Below are positions 36,753 through 51,669 of a stretch of DNA of 64,000 bases, in pieces. The notes below the pieces were generated by a model. That model worked only from the letters and a program-made list of their open reading frames with translations. It did not search any database and was not told where the DNA came from. Where the stretch lies: positions 1,194-65,193 of the forward strand of contig JBPCON010000058.1 in NCBI GenBank assembly GCA_051000215.1. The letters are read 5' to 3'. Both the position numbers and the translations under genes were made by a program. The stretch is from Acidimicrobiales bacterium (GTDB taxonomy: Bacteria > Actinomycetota > Acidimicrobiia > Acidimicrobiales > JACDCH01). How positions within the stretch are numbered: position 1 is the stretch's first letter; each line of letters starts with the position of its first letter.

Positions 36753-37549
36753 CCGGACACCGAAAGCCGCCGCTGGAGCTGGCGGATCGCGACCACCATG
36801 GCCAGGCCAACGATCGCGGCAGCGACGCCCACGGCCTTGACCGCCTCGCCGAGGTCGAACCCGACGATGACCTGGTGGCGGAGCCCGTCGATCATCCAGC
36901 TGATCGGGTTGTGGGTGGCCGCGGCGCGGTACCAGCCGTGCATCAGCTCGGTCGGGAAGAAGGCCGAGGAGATGAAGATCAAGATGAATACGAGCGGGAA
37001 CGAGTTCTGCACCGCTTCGGCCGAACCGGTCCGCAGGCCGATGGCAGCGGCGAGCCCCGCGATGCCGACAGAGAGCACGACGGCTGTCACGAGCAGCACC
37101 AGCACCCCGGCGGCGCCGCCCTGCACTCGTGCGCCGAAGATCGTGAAGATCGTGACGAACACGGCGACTTGCACGGCGCCCATGACCGCAGCGCCGGCGA
37201 AGCGCCCGAGCAAGATCGCCGAGCGCGACACGGGCGAGGCGAGGAGGCGCTCGAAGAAGCCGTTCTCGATGTCGAGGGCGAGGTCCGAGCCTGCGGTGAT
37301 GCCACCGAAGAGCACGCCTTGCACGATCGTCGCTGCCATCACGAAGTCGAGGAACGACTTCGGTTGCGGGGCCGGGAAGAAGTGGATCGCCTTCGCCAAC
37401 GCCGAGGAGTTGACCGCGGCGATGAGCATGGGGAACAGCAGCCCTGGAAGGAACACCGAGGGCTGGCGGAACGTGCTGAGGATCGAGCGCCGCGCCAGCG
37501 CCCGTGCTTGCGCGAGCGGCTGGCGGTCGATGACGATCGGAGTGGTCAC
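36749..37549 (-). CDS. ABC-2 type transporter permease
   Basis: GTG start (VTTPIVIDRQPL) overlapping the ATPase stop as GTGA. Multi-TM ABC-2 layout. Confidence 0.8.
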   Translation of the reverse strand: MTTPIVIDRQPLAQARALARRSILSTFRQPSVFLPGLLFPMLIAAVNSSALAKAIHFFPAPQPKSFLDFVMAATIVQGVLFGGITAGSDLALDIENGFFERLLASPVSRSAILLGRFAGAAVMGAVQVAVFVTIFTIFGARVQGGAAGVLVLLVTAVVLSVGIAGLAAAIGLRTGSAEAVQNSFPLVFILIFISSAFFPTELMHGWYRAAATHNPISWMIDGLRHQVIVGFDLGEAVKAVGVAAAIVGLAMVVAIRQLQRRLSVSG

Positions 37550-38514
37550 ACCTCGGCCTCCGGCGCGGCCGCGGCAGCCGAGGCGCCCTCCAAGCGGTAG
37601 CCGGTGGCGTCGGCGAACACGTCGTCGAGCGTCGGCACGTCGAGCTCGAAGTGGCGCACCTCCACTTTGGCCTCGTCGAGCGCGCGCACGACGTCGGTCA
37701 TCTCGCCCGCGCCGCCCTCGAGGCCGATGGCGATCACGCCGGCGCGCGCAACGCGCTCGCTCCCGAAGCGCGCCAGCGCGTCGCGGGCCTTGTCGTAGCA
37801 CTCGGGCGCGACCTCGACCTTGAGGGTTGGGGCGCCGACAGCGGCCTTCAACTCGCTGGGCGCACCCTCGCGCACGATGCGCCCATGATCGATGATGGCG
37901 ATGCGTCCCGCCAGCTCGTCGGCTTCCTCGAGGTACTGCGTCGTGAGGAACACGGTCGTGCCCTCGCGGTTCAGGTTGCGCACCTCGTCCCACAAGTTGA
38001 GTCTGCTCGTCGGGTCGAGACCGGTGGTGGGCTCGTCGAGGAAGAGGACCTTCGGCTCGTGTATGAGCGACATCGCCAGGTCGAGGCGACGGCGCATGCC
38101 GCCCGAGTAGGTGCCGACCCTGCGTCCTGCGGCCGCGGTCAGCCCGACGCGTTCGAGCAGGGCATCGGTGCGACGCAGCGCATCCGCCTTGCCGATCCCG
38201 TGGAGCACGGCCTGCAGCCGCATGAGCTCGGTGCCGGTCATGAGCGGATCGATCGCCGCGTCCTGCAGCGCGACGCCGATCGAGCGGCGCACGTCACCGG
38301 CTCGGGTTGCGACGTCGAAGCCAGCGACCCGTGCCCGGCCTGATGTCGGCTTGAGGAGGGTGGTGAGCATCCGCACGAGCGTCGACTTCCCCGCGCCGTT
38401 CGGGCCGAGGAACCCGAACACCTCGCCTTCCTCGACGACCAGGTCGACCCCGTCGACAGCACGAATGTCACCGAACTCGCGCACGAGCCCCTCGACCTCG
38501 ATGGGAGCGGTCAT
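37546..38514 (-). CDS. ABC transporter ATP-binding protein (DrrA/ABC-2 exporter type)
   Basis: Walker A GPNGAGKST, Q-loop, signature YSGGMRRRL, Walker B LFLDEPTTGLD. The start MTAPIEVEGL overlaps the coxL-like stop by 4 nt. Confidence 0.9.
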   Translation of the reverse strand: MTAPIEVEGLVREFGDIRAVDGVDLVVEEGEVFGFLGPNGAGKSTLVRMLTTLLKPTSGRARVAGFDVATRAGDVRRSIGVALQDAAIDPLMTGTELMRLQAVLHGIGKADALRRTDALLERVGLTAAAGRRVGTYSGGMRRRLDLAMSLIHEPKVLFLDEPTTGLDPTSRLNLWDEVRNLNREGTTVFLTTQYLEEADELAGRIAIIDHGRIVREGAPSELKAAVGAPTLKVEVAPECYDKARDALARFGSERVARAGVIAIGLEGGAGEMTDVVRALDEAKVEVRHFELDVPTLDDVFADATGYRLEGASAAAAAPEAEV

Positions 38515-40784
38515 GTCCGCGCCGTCGCGTCGCTGATGGCCTGCCAGACCCGTTCTGGTGTGCAGGGGATGTCGACGTGGCGCACTCCGAGATGCGCGAC
38601 CGCGTCGCACACCGCAGATTGCACCGCTGGCGTCGCGCCGATGGCCCCTGACTCACCGACGCCTTTCGCGCCGAGCGGGTTCGCCCACGTGGGGGTCTCC
38701 ATCGCCACCAGCTCGAAGTCGGGCAGCTCGGCCGCTGTCGGCAGGCCGTAGTCGGCGAAGTTCGCTGTCTGCGGGTTGCCGTCGGCGTCGAAGAGCACCT
38801 CCTCGTAGAGCGCTTGGCCAACACCTTGGGCGATGCCGCCGTGGCGTTGGCCGTCGACGAGCAACGGGTTGAGCAGGCGCCCGGCGTCGTCGCACGCGAC
38901 GAAGCGCACGAGCCGCGTCGCGCCGGTCTCGAGGTCGACCTCGACGACAGCGACGTGGGCGCCGAACGGGAACGTGGTCGACGGCGCCTGGAACTCGTCG
39001 TCTGCCGCCAACCCCTCGGCCCCGGCTGCGCCGGCCAGCTCGCCCCACGACTTCGCCTTGGCGGGGACGCCTCGCACGTGGAACCGCCCGCCGGCGACGT
39101 CGAGCACGACATCGTCGAGCGCTGCTTCGAGCTCGTCGGCTGCCAAGGCCTTGGCCCGCTCGATCACCGACGTCGCAGCACCCAGCACAGCCGAACCCCC
39201 GAGCTGCAACGAGCGCGAGCCCATGGTGCCCTCGCCCTTCTCGACCCGATCGGTGTCGCCCCACACCACCTCGATGCGCTCCATCGCGATGCCGGTGGTG
39301 TCGCTCGCGATCATGGCGAAGCTCGTGGCGTGGCCTTGGCCGTGTGGCGACGAGCCGGTGAACACGGTGGCCGATCCGTCGGCGTGCACCTCGATCTTTG
39401 CGTGCTCGCTGCCGGCGAAGGGCCCAGCGGTGACCTCGACGTAGCAACTCACGCCGATGCCGAGCGCCTTGACATCACCGGCCGCGCGGCGGCGCGCCTG
39501 CTCAGCGCGCAGCTCGTCATAGTCGGCGGCAGCGAGCACCCGATCGAGCGCCTCGCCGTAGTCGCCGCAGTCGTACGCGGTCCCCATCGGCGTGACGTAG
39601 GGCTCATCGAACTTCGCAATGAGGTTGCGGCGGCGCACCTCGGCTGCGTCGAGCCCGACCTCGGCAGCGAACAGGTCGACCGCGCGCTCGATGGCTGCGC
39701 ACGCCTCGGGCCGTCCGGCGCCGCGGTAGGCGATGATCGGTGTGGTGTTGGTCGCCACCGAGGTGAACGTGCACTCCACCTTGGGGATGGCGTAGGTGCC
39801 CGCAGCCATCGTGCGGGTGAGGTACGGGAGGAAGGCGCCGACGTCGGGGTACGCGCCGGCGTCTTGGAGCACGGAGAGGCTGTAGGCCTCGATCGTGCCG
39901 TCGCGCGTGCCGCCCATCTCGACGAGCTGCACCTGTGCCCGGCCGTGGCCCATCGCCACCATGTTCTCGCTGCGCGTCTCGGTCCAGCGCACCGGCCGCC
40001 CCACGATCCGCGCGATGGCGGGCAGCGTGTTCTCCTCGGGGTGCACACCGATCTTCGCGCCGAAGCCGCCGCCGACGTCGGGGGTCACCACCCGGACCTC
40101 GCTGCGCTCGAGGCCGTAGAACGCCTGCAGCCCCGCGAGCACGCCGTGCGCGTTCTGCGTCGACGCCCAGAGGTGCAGCTTGCCTGCGCCGTCCCATACC
40201 GCGGCTGCCCCACGCACCTCGAGAGGCGCCGCGTTGACGCGGTTGTTGACGATCCGCTGGTCGATGACCACTTCGCAGCCGTCGAAGAGATCGGTGGTGC
40301 GCCCGTCGGACATCTCCGCGGCCAGGTTCGTGCCAGCGGCCTCGTGCACGATGATCTCGTCGTTCACCGCCTCCTCCGGGTCGATCACCGCGGGCAGCGG
40401 CTGGTAGTCGACGAACACGGCCTCGGCAGCGTCGGCCCCCTGCTCGGGGGTCTCAGTGACGACAGCCGCGATGGGCTCGCCGACGAAGCGCACCCGTTCG
40501 CTCGCGAGGAACGGCCGCACCATCGCCTGCTCGACGAGCGGGATGCCACACGGCTGGGGCGCGAGACCGATGTCGGCTTCGGTGAGCACCGCGGCGACGC
40601 CGGGCATGGCTCGCGCATCCTCGACATCGATGGTGATGTCGGCGTGCGCCATCGTCGAGCGCACAAACGTGACGTGCAGGGCGCCGGCGAGCAGGGGGTC
40701 GTCGACGTCGGCCGTGTAGGTCCCGCCGACCGTCAGGAACCGCGGATCTTCCGTGCGCAACACGCGCGTTCCCAGGATGCTCAT
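38511..40784 (-). CDS. molybdopterin-binding large subunit of the xanthine dehydrogenase family (form-II CoxL-like)
   Basis: 757 aa: MSILGTRVLRTEDPRFLTVGG..., GGGFGAK, and active-site loop IAYRGAGRPE (the form-II AYRGAGR type, not the AYxCSFR of genuine CO dehydrogenase). Confidence 0.9.
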   Translation of the reverse strand: MSILGTRVLRTEDPRFLTVGGTYTADVDDPLLAGALHVTFVRSTMAHADITIDVEDARAMPGVAAVLTEADIGLAPQPCGIPLVEQAMVRPFLASERVRFVGEPIAAVVTETPEQGADAAEAVFVDYQPLPAVIDPEEAVNDEIIVHEAAGTNLAAEMSDGRTTDLFDGCEVVIDQRIVNNRVNAAPLEVRGAAAVWDGAGKLHLWASTQNAHGVLAGLQAFYGLERSEVRVVTPDVGGGFGAKIGVHPEENTLPAIARIVGRPVRWTETRSENMVAMGHGRAQVQLVEMGGTRDGTIEAYSLSVLQDAGAYPDVGAFLPYLTRTMAAGTYAIPKVECTFTSVATNTTPIIAYRGAGRPEACAAIERAVDLFAAEVGLDAAEVRRRNLIAKFDEPYVTPMGTAYDCGDYGEALDRVLAAADYDELRAEQARRRAAGDVKALGIGVSCYVEVTAGPFAGSEHAKIEVHADGSATVFTGSSPHGQGHATSFAMIASDTTGIAMERIEVVWGDTDRVEKGEGTMGSRSLQLGGSAVLGAATSVIERAKALAADELEAALDDVVLDVAGGRFHVRGVPAKAKSWGELAGAAGAEGLAADDEFQAPSTTFPFGAHVAVVEVDLETGATRLVRFVACDDAGRLLNPLLVDGQRHGGIAQGVGQALYEEVLFDADGNPQTANFADYGLPTAAELPDFELVAMETPTWANPLGAKGVGESGAIGATPAVQSAVCDAVAHLGVRHVDIPCTPERVWQAISDATART

Positions 40785-40834
40785 GGTGGCCGGAGGTTAC
40801 ACAGTTCGATTTCGGCTTCACCCTCGCTGCGGAG

Positions 40835-44776
<3,942 letters not shown>

Positions 44777-44780
<4 letters not shown>

Positions 44781-45832
44781 GACGATGTGGAGGGGACCAG
44801 CGCTGGGCCGGAGCCGGTCGAGGTCTGCGCCGCCGCATCGGGCATGTCGATCTGGCCCGTCTTGGTGTTCCATGTGCCGTAGCGGGGGTCGACCGTGACG
44901 GTCGCCGACTGCGCCGACTGCTGCACGAAGGATTGCAGCGCCGTCGATGCCTGGGTGGCGGCCAGCTCGGCTGCCTGCTGGCGCACGTCTTCGAGCGCAG
45001 CTTGTCGACGCGAGACGACCTTGACGATGACGAAGCCGCTGCCGACGCTCGCCGGCTGGCTGACTTGTCCGACGGGTGTCGAGAAGAACGGTGGGATCAC
45101 GTTTGTCGACAGCTCGCTCTTCGTCTTGCACCCGAAGTCGCCGCCTTTGGCAGCGGTCGCCTTGTCGACCGAGACGGCAGTGGCGACGGCTGCGAAGTCC
45201 TCGCCGGCCTTGAGCCGTGCCGCCGCGGCATCGGCGGCCCCTTGGTCGGCGACGACGAGCACCGAGCCACATGTCTGTTGGAACTCATCGGGGTGAGCGT
45301 CGTAGTACGCCTTGGCAGCGTCGTCGGCCACGCACGCCTGGTTGGCGAGGTGGGCCTGGAGCACGAGCAGGTCGGTGTCGCGCTGCAGCAGCGTGTCCTG
45401 GTAGGCCTTCGAGAACTTGGCGAAGGTGGCCTCGCCTGTCGCGGCATCGCCGAAGCCGACCGAGGTGTAGACCTCCTTGCGCACTGCGGTGGCGCAGGCG
45501 TCGTCGGCGCGGATGCGCTGGCGTTCGACCTCGTCGTGGATCAGGACGTAGAAGATCTGGCTGCGCAGCGTCGAGGTCGCGAACGCGACATCGAAGCTGC
45601 CGGGTGTTGCGCCCTGCACCTTGGCCCCGCCCTTCGCCGATGCCGCCTGCTTCTCGAGCGCGGCGAGGTAGTCGGCGTTGCCCGCGATGGCGTTGAGCTC
45701 GTCGACGAGCGCTTGGGTGGGGATCGCCTTGCCGTTCACAGTCGCGGCAGGCCGCGTCGCGTTCTTCGAACATGCGCTCAACAGGGCCGCCGCGCAGCAG
45801 ACGATGACGACGAGCGTGACGAGGCGCTTCAC
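44777..45832 (-). CDS. parvulin-type peptidyl-prolyl isomerase lipoprotein (PrsA/SurA-like)
   Basis: Lipobox AALLSAC/SKN. Parvulin core VLVVADQGAADAAAARLKAGEDFAAVA...AAKGGDFG...GFVIVKV. Confidence 0.75.
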
Positions 45833-45892
45833 GAGGCGGCGAGGTTAGTGGCGAGGATCCCCGCAGCCGAATCGGCCCCGACGTGCCCGCGT

Positions 45893-48800
45893 TCAGCCGG
45901 CTTCCGCTGCGTCGAGCTCGACGGGGACGAGCTCGCGCAGGAGCGCGATGAGGCCGTCGATGAGCTGCGCTGCCTTCATCACAGGCAGCTGGAGCTGACG
46001 CGCTTCGGGTTTGTACACCGCTTGCTTCACGAGGCGCTTCAACCGGACTTCCTGGCTCACCTTCAACGTCACGGGTGAGAGCCGCACGATGAACGCGGGC
46101 CCACCGAAGCCCGGGCCCCTGGCCACGTTGACCTCGCGGATGGCGATGCGGGCGCACTCGGCGCGCAGGCGAGCGACCTCGAGCAGCGCTTCCGCCGGCT
46201 CGGGTACGGGCCCATAGCGGTCGACCCATTCGGCGCGGATGTCGGCGACCTCGACGTCGGTCGTGACCGCGGCGAGGCGTCGGTAGGCCTCGAGGCGGAG
46301 GTCTTCGCGGGGCACGTACCCGGGCGGCAGGCTCGCGTCGACGGGGAGGTCGAGCTTGATCTCCGCCGGCTCGCGCAACGGTTCACCCTTGAGCTCGGCG
46401 ACGGCCTCGTTGACCATCTCGCAGTAGAGGTCGTAGCCGACCGCTGCGATGTGGCCGGATTGCCCGGTGCCCAGCAGGTTGCCGGCGCCGCGGATCTCGA
46501 GGTCGCGCATCGCGATCTTGAAGCCGCTGCCGAGCTCGGTGGTCTCCCCGATCGTCTTGAGCCGCTCGTAGGCCTCTTCGGTGAGCGCCCTGTCTCGCGG
46601 GTGGAAGAGGTACGCGTAGGCGCGCATGCCGGCGCGCCCGACGCGGCCGCGCAGTTGGTGGAGCTGGCCGAGCCCTAGCAGGTCTGCGCGGTCGACCACG
46701 AGGGTGTTCACGGTCGGCATGTCGATGCCTGACTCGATGATGGTCGTGCACACGAGCACGTCGTGCTTGCCGTCCCAGAAGTCGATCACGATCTGCTCGA
46801 GCGATCCTTCGTCCATCTGCCCGTGTGCGATGGCGATCTTGGCTTCGGGCACGAGGTCGCGGATGCGTTCGGAGACCTCCTCGATGTCGTGCACACGGTT
46901 GTGCACGAAGAAGACCTGCCCTTCGCGCAGCAGCTCGCGGCGGATGGCTTCCGCGATGGCGCGGTCGTCGAGCTCGCCAACGTAGGTGAGGATTGGCTGG
47001 CGCTCGGCCGGGGGTGTGTTGAGCAGCGTGAGGTCGCGGATGCCGGTGAGCGACATCTCGAGCGTGCGCGGGATCGGCGTCGCTGTGAGCGTGAGCACGT
47101 CGACGTCGTTCTTGAGCGCCTTGATGCGTTCCTTGTCCTTCACGCCGAAGCGTTGCTCCTCGTCGACGACGAGCAGGCCGAGGTCCTTGAAGGCGACGTC
47201 TTCGCTGAGCACGCGGTGGGTCCCGATCACGACGTCGACGGCGCCGGAGCCAAGCCCCTCGACCACCTTCCTCGCCTCACCTGGTGTGAGGAACCGCGAC
47301 AGCACCTCGACGCGCACCGGGTAGCCGGCGTAGCGGTCGTTGAAGGTCTGGAAGTGTTGCTGCGCGAGCAGGGTGGTGGGCACCAGCACTGCGGCCTGCT
47401 TGCCGTCCTGTACGGCTTTGAACACGGCGCGCAGCGCGACCTCGGTCTTGCCGAAGCCGACGTCGCCGCACACGAGGCGATCCATGGGGACTTCGCTCTC
47501 CATGTCGGCCTTCACGTCCGCGATCGCGGTGAGCTGATCCGGTGTGGGCGTGTAGGCGAAGGCATCTTCGAGCTCGGCCTGCCATGGCGAGTCGGGGGCG
47601 AAGGCGTGGCCGGGGCTGTGCACTCGTTTCTGGTAGAGCACGACCAGCTCCTGCGCGATGAGCTGCACCTCCGAGCGCACCCGCGCCTTGGTCTTCGCCC
47701 AGTCGCTCCCGCCGAGCTTCGACAACGAGGGCGAGTCGCCTCCGGTGTAGTGGCGCACTGCGTCGATCTGGTCGGACGGGACGTAGAGCTTGTCGTCGCC
47801 GCGGTACTCGAGCAGCAGGTAGTCGCGCTCGACGCCGCCGATGGCTCGCTTCACCATGCCGCCGAAGCGGGCAACGCCGTGTTGGTGGTGCACCACGTGG
47901 TCGCCGACCTTCAGGTCGTCGAAGAAGCGCTCGGCATCTCGCCGACGCGGCCGAGCCGCGCGGTGCGCGCGTCGGCGGCCGGTGAGGTCGCCCTCGGTGA
48001 GCACAGCGAGCTTGGTGGCGGGGAGGATGAAGCCGCGCTCGATCGGTGCGACCACGATCTCGGGACGCAGCCCGTGCTCGTCGTGCAGCAGCCGGTGCAG
48101 CTTCGACGCAGCGCCTTCGCTGTCGGCAGCGACGATGATGCGGTAGCCGTCGCGCGACAGGTGGCTGAGCTGGTTGACGATGCGTTCGCCGCCGCCTACC
48201 ACCGGGTCCCAGCCGACCGCCTGGATGGTGGCGACGTCGGGCCCCTCGGGAGCCGTGGTCATCGTCCACACCGGTGCGTCGGTCCGCGCGAGCAGACGAT
48301 CGAAGGGAAGGTGCAGGCTCGGGAACTGGCGGTCGTCGGCGCCCCACGTCTTCGCAAGGGTGCGCTCGAGGTCGGCCTCCTCGGCGAGGATGTCGGCTGC
48401 CCTGTCGCGCAGGCGCCGAGGTTCGACGAGCACGATCTGCGCTGCGTCGTCGAACACGTCGGTCAGCAGGCGCTCGCCCTCGACGAGCCACGGCAACCAC
48501 GACTCCATCCCGTCGAACGCGAGACCGTCGGCAAGCTTCTCCCACTGCTCGCGCCCCCACGGCTCGCTCGCCACGAGCTGCGCTGCGCGCCGGCGTTCGC
48601 CGGCGTCGGCGATCAGCTCACGGCAGCCGTGCACGATGAGCGCGTCCACCTCGTCCGTGGCTCGTTGGTCTGTCACGGAGAACTCGGCGAGCCGGTCGAC
48701 CTCGTCGCCCCACAGGTCGATGCGCGCTGGCACGTCGGCCGTCGAGGGGAACACATCGACGATCGAGCCGCGCACCGCGACCTCGCCGCGGTGCTCGACC

Positions 48801-49294
48801 TGCTCCTCGCGCCGGTAGCCCGCGCCGACGAGCGCGGCGACAAGCTCGTCGCGGTCGCGCCGCTCCCCCCTTCTGATCATCACGGGGTCGTGCGCTTCGA
48901 CGCGCGGGCCGAGGCGCTGCAAGAGCGCGCGGATCGAGGTGACGACGACCGCTGGCGCGCGTTGCGGGTCGGCGAGTCGCCACAGCGTGCGCAACCGCCG
49001 ACCCATGGTCTCGACGCTCGGGCTCACCCGCTCGAACGGCAGCGTCTCCCATGCCGGGAACGCGTCGACGGCGCTGGGCCCGAGGAACGCGGCGAGGTCG
49101 TTCGCGAGCCGGTCGGCGTCGGCTGTCGTGGGCACGGCGACGAGGTAGGGGCGCCGCTTCGTCGTCGCAACCAGCCCCGCCAACGCGTAAGCCCGCGCCG
49201 GCTCGGGCACGGCCAAGACCGCGCTCGAACGCCCCCGAACTGCGAGCAGGGCGGGGTCGTCGCGGATGAGCGCGGGCAGATCGGTGAGCGCCAT
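45893..49294 (-). CDS. mfd: transcription-repair coupling factor
   Basis: ~1130 aa. Contains a CarD-like segment (HGVARFGGM), helicase motifs [11 protein letters not shown] and [10 protein letters not shown], and TRG/translocation motifs. Start at [13 protein letters not shown] (codon 46 of the track ORF). Confidence 0.95.
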   Translation of the reverse strand: MALTDLPALIRDDPALLAVRGRSSAVLAVPEPARAYALAGLVATTKRRPYLVAVPTTADADRLANDLAAFLGPSAVDAFPAWETLPFERVSPSVETMGRRLRTLWRLADPQRAPAVVVTSIRALLQRLGPRVEAHDPVMIRRGERRDRDELVAALVGAGYRREEQVEHRGEVAVRGSIVDVFPSTADVPARIDLWGDEVDRLAEFSVTDQRATDEVDALIVHGCRELIADAGERRRAAQLVASEPWGREQWEKLADGLAFDGMESWLPWLVEGERLLTDVFDDAAQIVLVEPRRLRDRAADILAEEADLERTLAKTWGADDRQFPSLHLPFDRLLARTDAPVWTMTTAPEGPDVATIQAVGWDPVVGGGERIVNQLSHLSRDGYRIIVAADSEGAASKLHRLLHDEHGLRPEIVVAPIERGFILPATKLAVLTEGDLTGRRRAHRAARPRRRDAERFFDDLKVGDHVVHHQHGVARFGGMVKRAIGGVERDYLLLEYRGDDKLYVPSDQIDAVRHYTGGDSPSLSKLGGSDWAKTKARVRSEVQLIAQELVVLYQKRVHSPGHAFAPDSPWQAELEDAFAYTPTPDQLTAIADVKADMESEVPMDRLVCGDVGFGKTEVALRAVFKAVQDGKQAAVLVPTTLLAQQHFQTFNDRYAGYPVRVEVLSRFLTPGEARKVVEGLGSGAVDVVIGTHRVLSEDVAFKDLGLLVVDEEQRFGVKDKERIKALKNDVDVLTLTATPIPRTLEMSLTGIRDLTLLNTPPAERQPILTYVGELDDRAIAEAIRRELLREGQVFFVHNRVHDIEEVSERIRDLVPEAKIAIAHGQMDEGSLEQIVIDFWDGKHDVLVCTTIIESGIDMPTVNTLVVDRADLLGLGQLHQLRGRVGRAGMRAYAYLFHPRDRALTEEAYERLKTIGETTELGSGFKIAMRDLEIRGAGNLLGTGQSGHIAAVGYDLYCEMVNEAVAELKGEPLREPAEIKLDLPVDASLPPGYVPREDLRLEAYRRLAAVTTDVEVADIRAEWVDRYGPVPEPAEALLEVARLRAECARIAIREVNVARGPGFGGPAFIVRLSPVTLKVSQEVRLKRLVKQAVYKPEARQLQLPVMKAAQLIDGLIALLRELVPVELDAAEAG

Positions 49295-49522
49295 GGGGAC
49301 GTCGCAGGCTACCGGCGACGGGGCGTGTCGCCCAGGCCGATGGCAGGTGGCTACCTTGGCAGGGTGAGGTGCTTTCTCAGATGCGGTGACAGCTTGGGAC
49401 GGCTCGATGTGCAGCCCGGCCGGACGCAAATCGCACGGTGACCTCCGCAGACCATACGTCTCTATCGTGAGAGCGCGAGAGCAGCCGCGTGCGAATGACG
49501 ACCCTCTGGAAGCAGATTTCCC
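49202..49522. repeat. direct repeat copy A (mfd 5' end + mfd-GT intergenic region + first ~12 codons of a glycosyltransferase)
   Basis: Aligns by eye with 50327-50647: most positions are identical, with scattered substitutions and a few 1-nt indels. It contains the live mfd start, and at 49489 a dead stub GTG-CGA-ATG-ACG-ACC-CTC-TGG-AAG-CAG (VRMTTLWKQ...stop) that matches the start of the gene at 50611. Confidence 0.85.
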
Positions 49523-49577
49523 CTCCGGGCCCGAAATAGCGCGAGAACATCTAGGCCCTTGTCGAGGTCGTGCCCCA

Positions 49578-50294
49578 GTGAAGCAATACAGCTACGTCGA
49601 TTTTGAGATGCTCCTCTCCAGGTTCGAGCCGCGGGTTCTCGAGCTCGCTCGCGGAATCGGGCCCGGGTGCTCCGCCGTTGAGATCGGGGGCGGAGCAAAC
49701 CCAACCATTTCGCCAGGCGCCTGCGAGGAGATGCAGCTCTCGTTGACCGTGCTCGACATCTCGGAGACTGAGTTGGCCAAAGCGCCTGCCTTCTACAGCA
49801 AGGTCCAGGCCGACATCACCTCACCAAGCTTCGTCCCGGATGGGGCGCATGACCTCGCGTTCAGCAGGATGCTTGCGGAACACGTCGGGGATGCCGAGAC
49901 GTTTCATCGCAACGTCCGCAGCCTCCTGAAGCCCGGCGGAGTCGCCATCCATCTCTTTCCGACGCTGCACACGTTTCCCTTCGCCGTCAACAGGCTCGTA
50001 CCTGAATCGGTGTCAACTGCACTGGTCCGCCTGTTCCATCCGGGTCGAGACCTCTATCAGCATGCCAAGTTTCCAGCCAGGTACGAGTGGTGCCGCGGCC
50101 CAACCCGTAGCGAGATTCGACATCTCACGAGCGCGGGCTTCGAGGTCGATGAGTTCGTGGCCGCCTTTGGGCACAACTACTACACGAACATTCCGCTTCT
50201 ACGCGACGTTCACGCCGCCAAGACGGCGTTCCTGCTGAAGCACCCGCGACCGATGCTGACCAGCTTCGCAATGGTGACACTTCGAAAGTCGTAG
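49578..50294 (+). CDS. class I SAM-dependent methyltransferase
   Basis: AVEIGGGANP (motif I-like), VLDISETEL, LKPGGVAIHLFP. GTG start chosen; an alternative ATG lies at 49608. Locally lower GC. Confidence 0.75.
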   Translation: MKQYSYVDFEMLLSRFEPRVLELARGIGPGCSAVEIGGGANPTISPGACEEMQLSLTVLDISETELAKAPAFYSKVQADITSPSFVPDGAHDLAFSRMLAEHVGDAETFHRNVRSLLKPGGVAIHLFPTLHTFPFAVNRLVPESVSTALVRLFHPGRDLYQHAKFPARYEWCRGPTRSEIRHLTSAGFEVDEFVAAFGHNYYTNIPLLRDVHAAKTAFLLKHPRPMLTSFAMVTLRKS

Positions 50295-50326
50295 CTCGTT
50301 CGACCGTCACCGCCGGAGTAGTAGTC

Positions 50327-50647
50327 CTCGGGCACGGCCAGCACCGCGCTCGAACGGCCCCGAACTGCGAGCGCGGCGGGGCGTCGCGGATGAGCGCTGG
50401 CAGTTCGGTGGGCGCCGTGGGGACGTCGCAGGCTACCGGCGACGTGGGGTGTCGCCAGGTTGATGGCAGGTGGTTACCTTGGGCGGGTGAGGAGCTTTCG
50501 CAGATGCGGTCACGCTTTGCACCCATGATCCCGAGCCTGGCCGAGGCGACTCGCAAAATGACCTCCACGAACCGCGCGCCTGTTGGTCCTGAGAGCCCGA
50601 GAACAGCCGCGTGCAGGTAACGATCCTCTGGAAGCAGATGTCGCCCC
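50327..50647. repeat. direct repeat copy B (degenerate mfd 5' remnant + intergenic region + live glycosyltransferase start)
   Basis: The minus-strand translation ...SPVACDVPTAPTELPALIRDAPP... mirrors mfd ...[23 protein letters not shown]..., with the Met codon changed (CAT to CGT on the plus strand). Confidence 0.85.
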
Positions 50648-51669
50648 ATACTGCCGCGTGTTTTCGGGCGCTGGCCGATGCAGGCCCCGAGGTTCGGGTG
50701 ATTCATCGAGCCCCCACCTCCGAGGCACCCTTCAGGGACGAGTCGCTGGCCGCTGACCTCCCCGGGTGGGCTTGGTCAGAACGAGTCGAATATTCGAGGG
50801 TTCGGCTCGAGCTCGATCAGAACCCGCCCGACGCCATACTGGTCTGCTCGTGGGACGTCGGCGCGTACGTGAGAGCATCGCGGCGAATGCGGGGGCGAGC
50901 CACGAGGGTGTTGTGCACTGACAACCCATGGCTGGGAACACCCAAGCAATACGCGGGACGCCTTGTCGCAAGGGCCTTCATCCAGCCGGCATTCGATCTT
51001 GCGTTCCTGCCGGGCGAACGGCAGATGGTCTTCGCGCGAATGCTCGGCTTCGGCGACGACGAGCTCCTCTGGGGCCTCTACGCGGGTGATCAGCCTCGAT
51101 TCGCTGGCGCCGCGGCCGGCCGCGCTTCTTTGGATCGAAGCTTCCTCTTCGTCGGGCGGCTCGCGCCCGAGAAGGGTGTCGACGTGCTCGCAACCGCCTA
51201 CGCCGACTACCGGTCACGAGCAAGTGATCCGTGGCCCCTGCTCGTCGTCGGCACCGGTCCGCTGGCGCCTGAGCTGGAGGGCGCACCCGGTGTCTCGATG
51301 CTCGGCTTCCTTCAGCCAGAGGAGCTGCCAGCGCAGATGGCCGCGAGCGGCTGCCTCGTTCTACCCAGCCGGTTCGAGCCGTGGGGCGTGGTGGTCCACG
51401 AGGCGGCTTCGGCAGGCCTGGCGATCATCTGCACGGATCCCTGCGGCGCGACTACGCGTCTGGTCCTCGATGGCTACAACGGCCGCGTCATCGCCGCAGA
51501 CGACGCATCCGCCTTGTCGGACGCGCTCAGCTGGATCGCCGACCGCGCGCCCGAGGAGCTCGAGACCCTTGGGCGGCGAAGCAGCGCCCTTTCCGAGCAG
51601 CTGTCTCCCCGACGGTGGGCCTCGTATCTGCTCGACCGACTCGAGTCGGTCAACACTCGCGTCACATGA
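50611..51669 (+). CDS. GT4-family glycosyltransferase
   Basis: FLFVGRLAPEKGVD, LVLPSRFEPWGVVVHEAASAGLAII (E-x7-E region). GTG start. Confidence 0.85.
   Translation: MQVTILWKQMSPHTAACFRALADAGPEVRVIHRAPTSEAPFRDESLAADLPGWAWSERVEYSRVRLELDQNPPDAILVCSWDVGAYVRASRRMRGRATRVLCTDNPWLGTPKQYAGRLVARAFIQPAFDLAFLPGERQMVFARMLGFGDDELLWGLYAGDQPRFAGAAAGRASLDRSFLFVGRLAPEKGVDVLATAYADYRSRASDPWPLLVVGTGPLAPELEGAPGVSMLGFLQPEELPAQMAASGCLVLPSRFEPWGVVVHEAASAGLAIICTDPCGATTRLVLDGYNGRVIAADDASALSDALSWIADRAPEELETLGRRSSALSEQLSPRRWASYLLDRLESVNTRVT

Noticed and set aside
38511-40784. Genuine aerobic carbon monoxide dehydrogenase
   Set aside because: The active-site loop reads AYRGAGR (form II), not AYxCSFR. The substrate should be considered unknown despite the coxD/E/G-type accessory genes.
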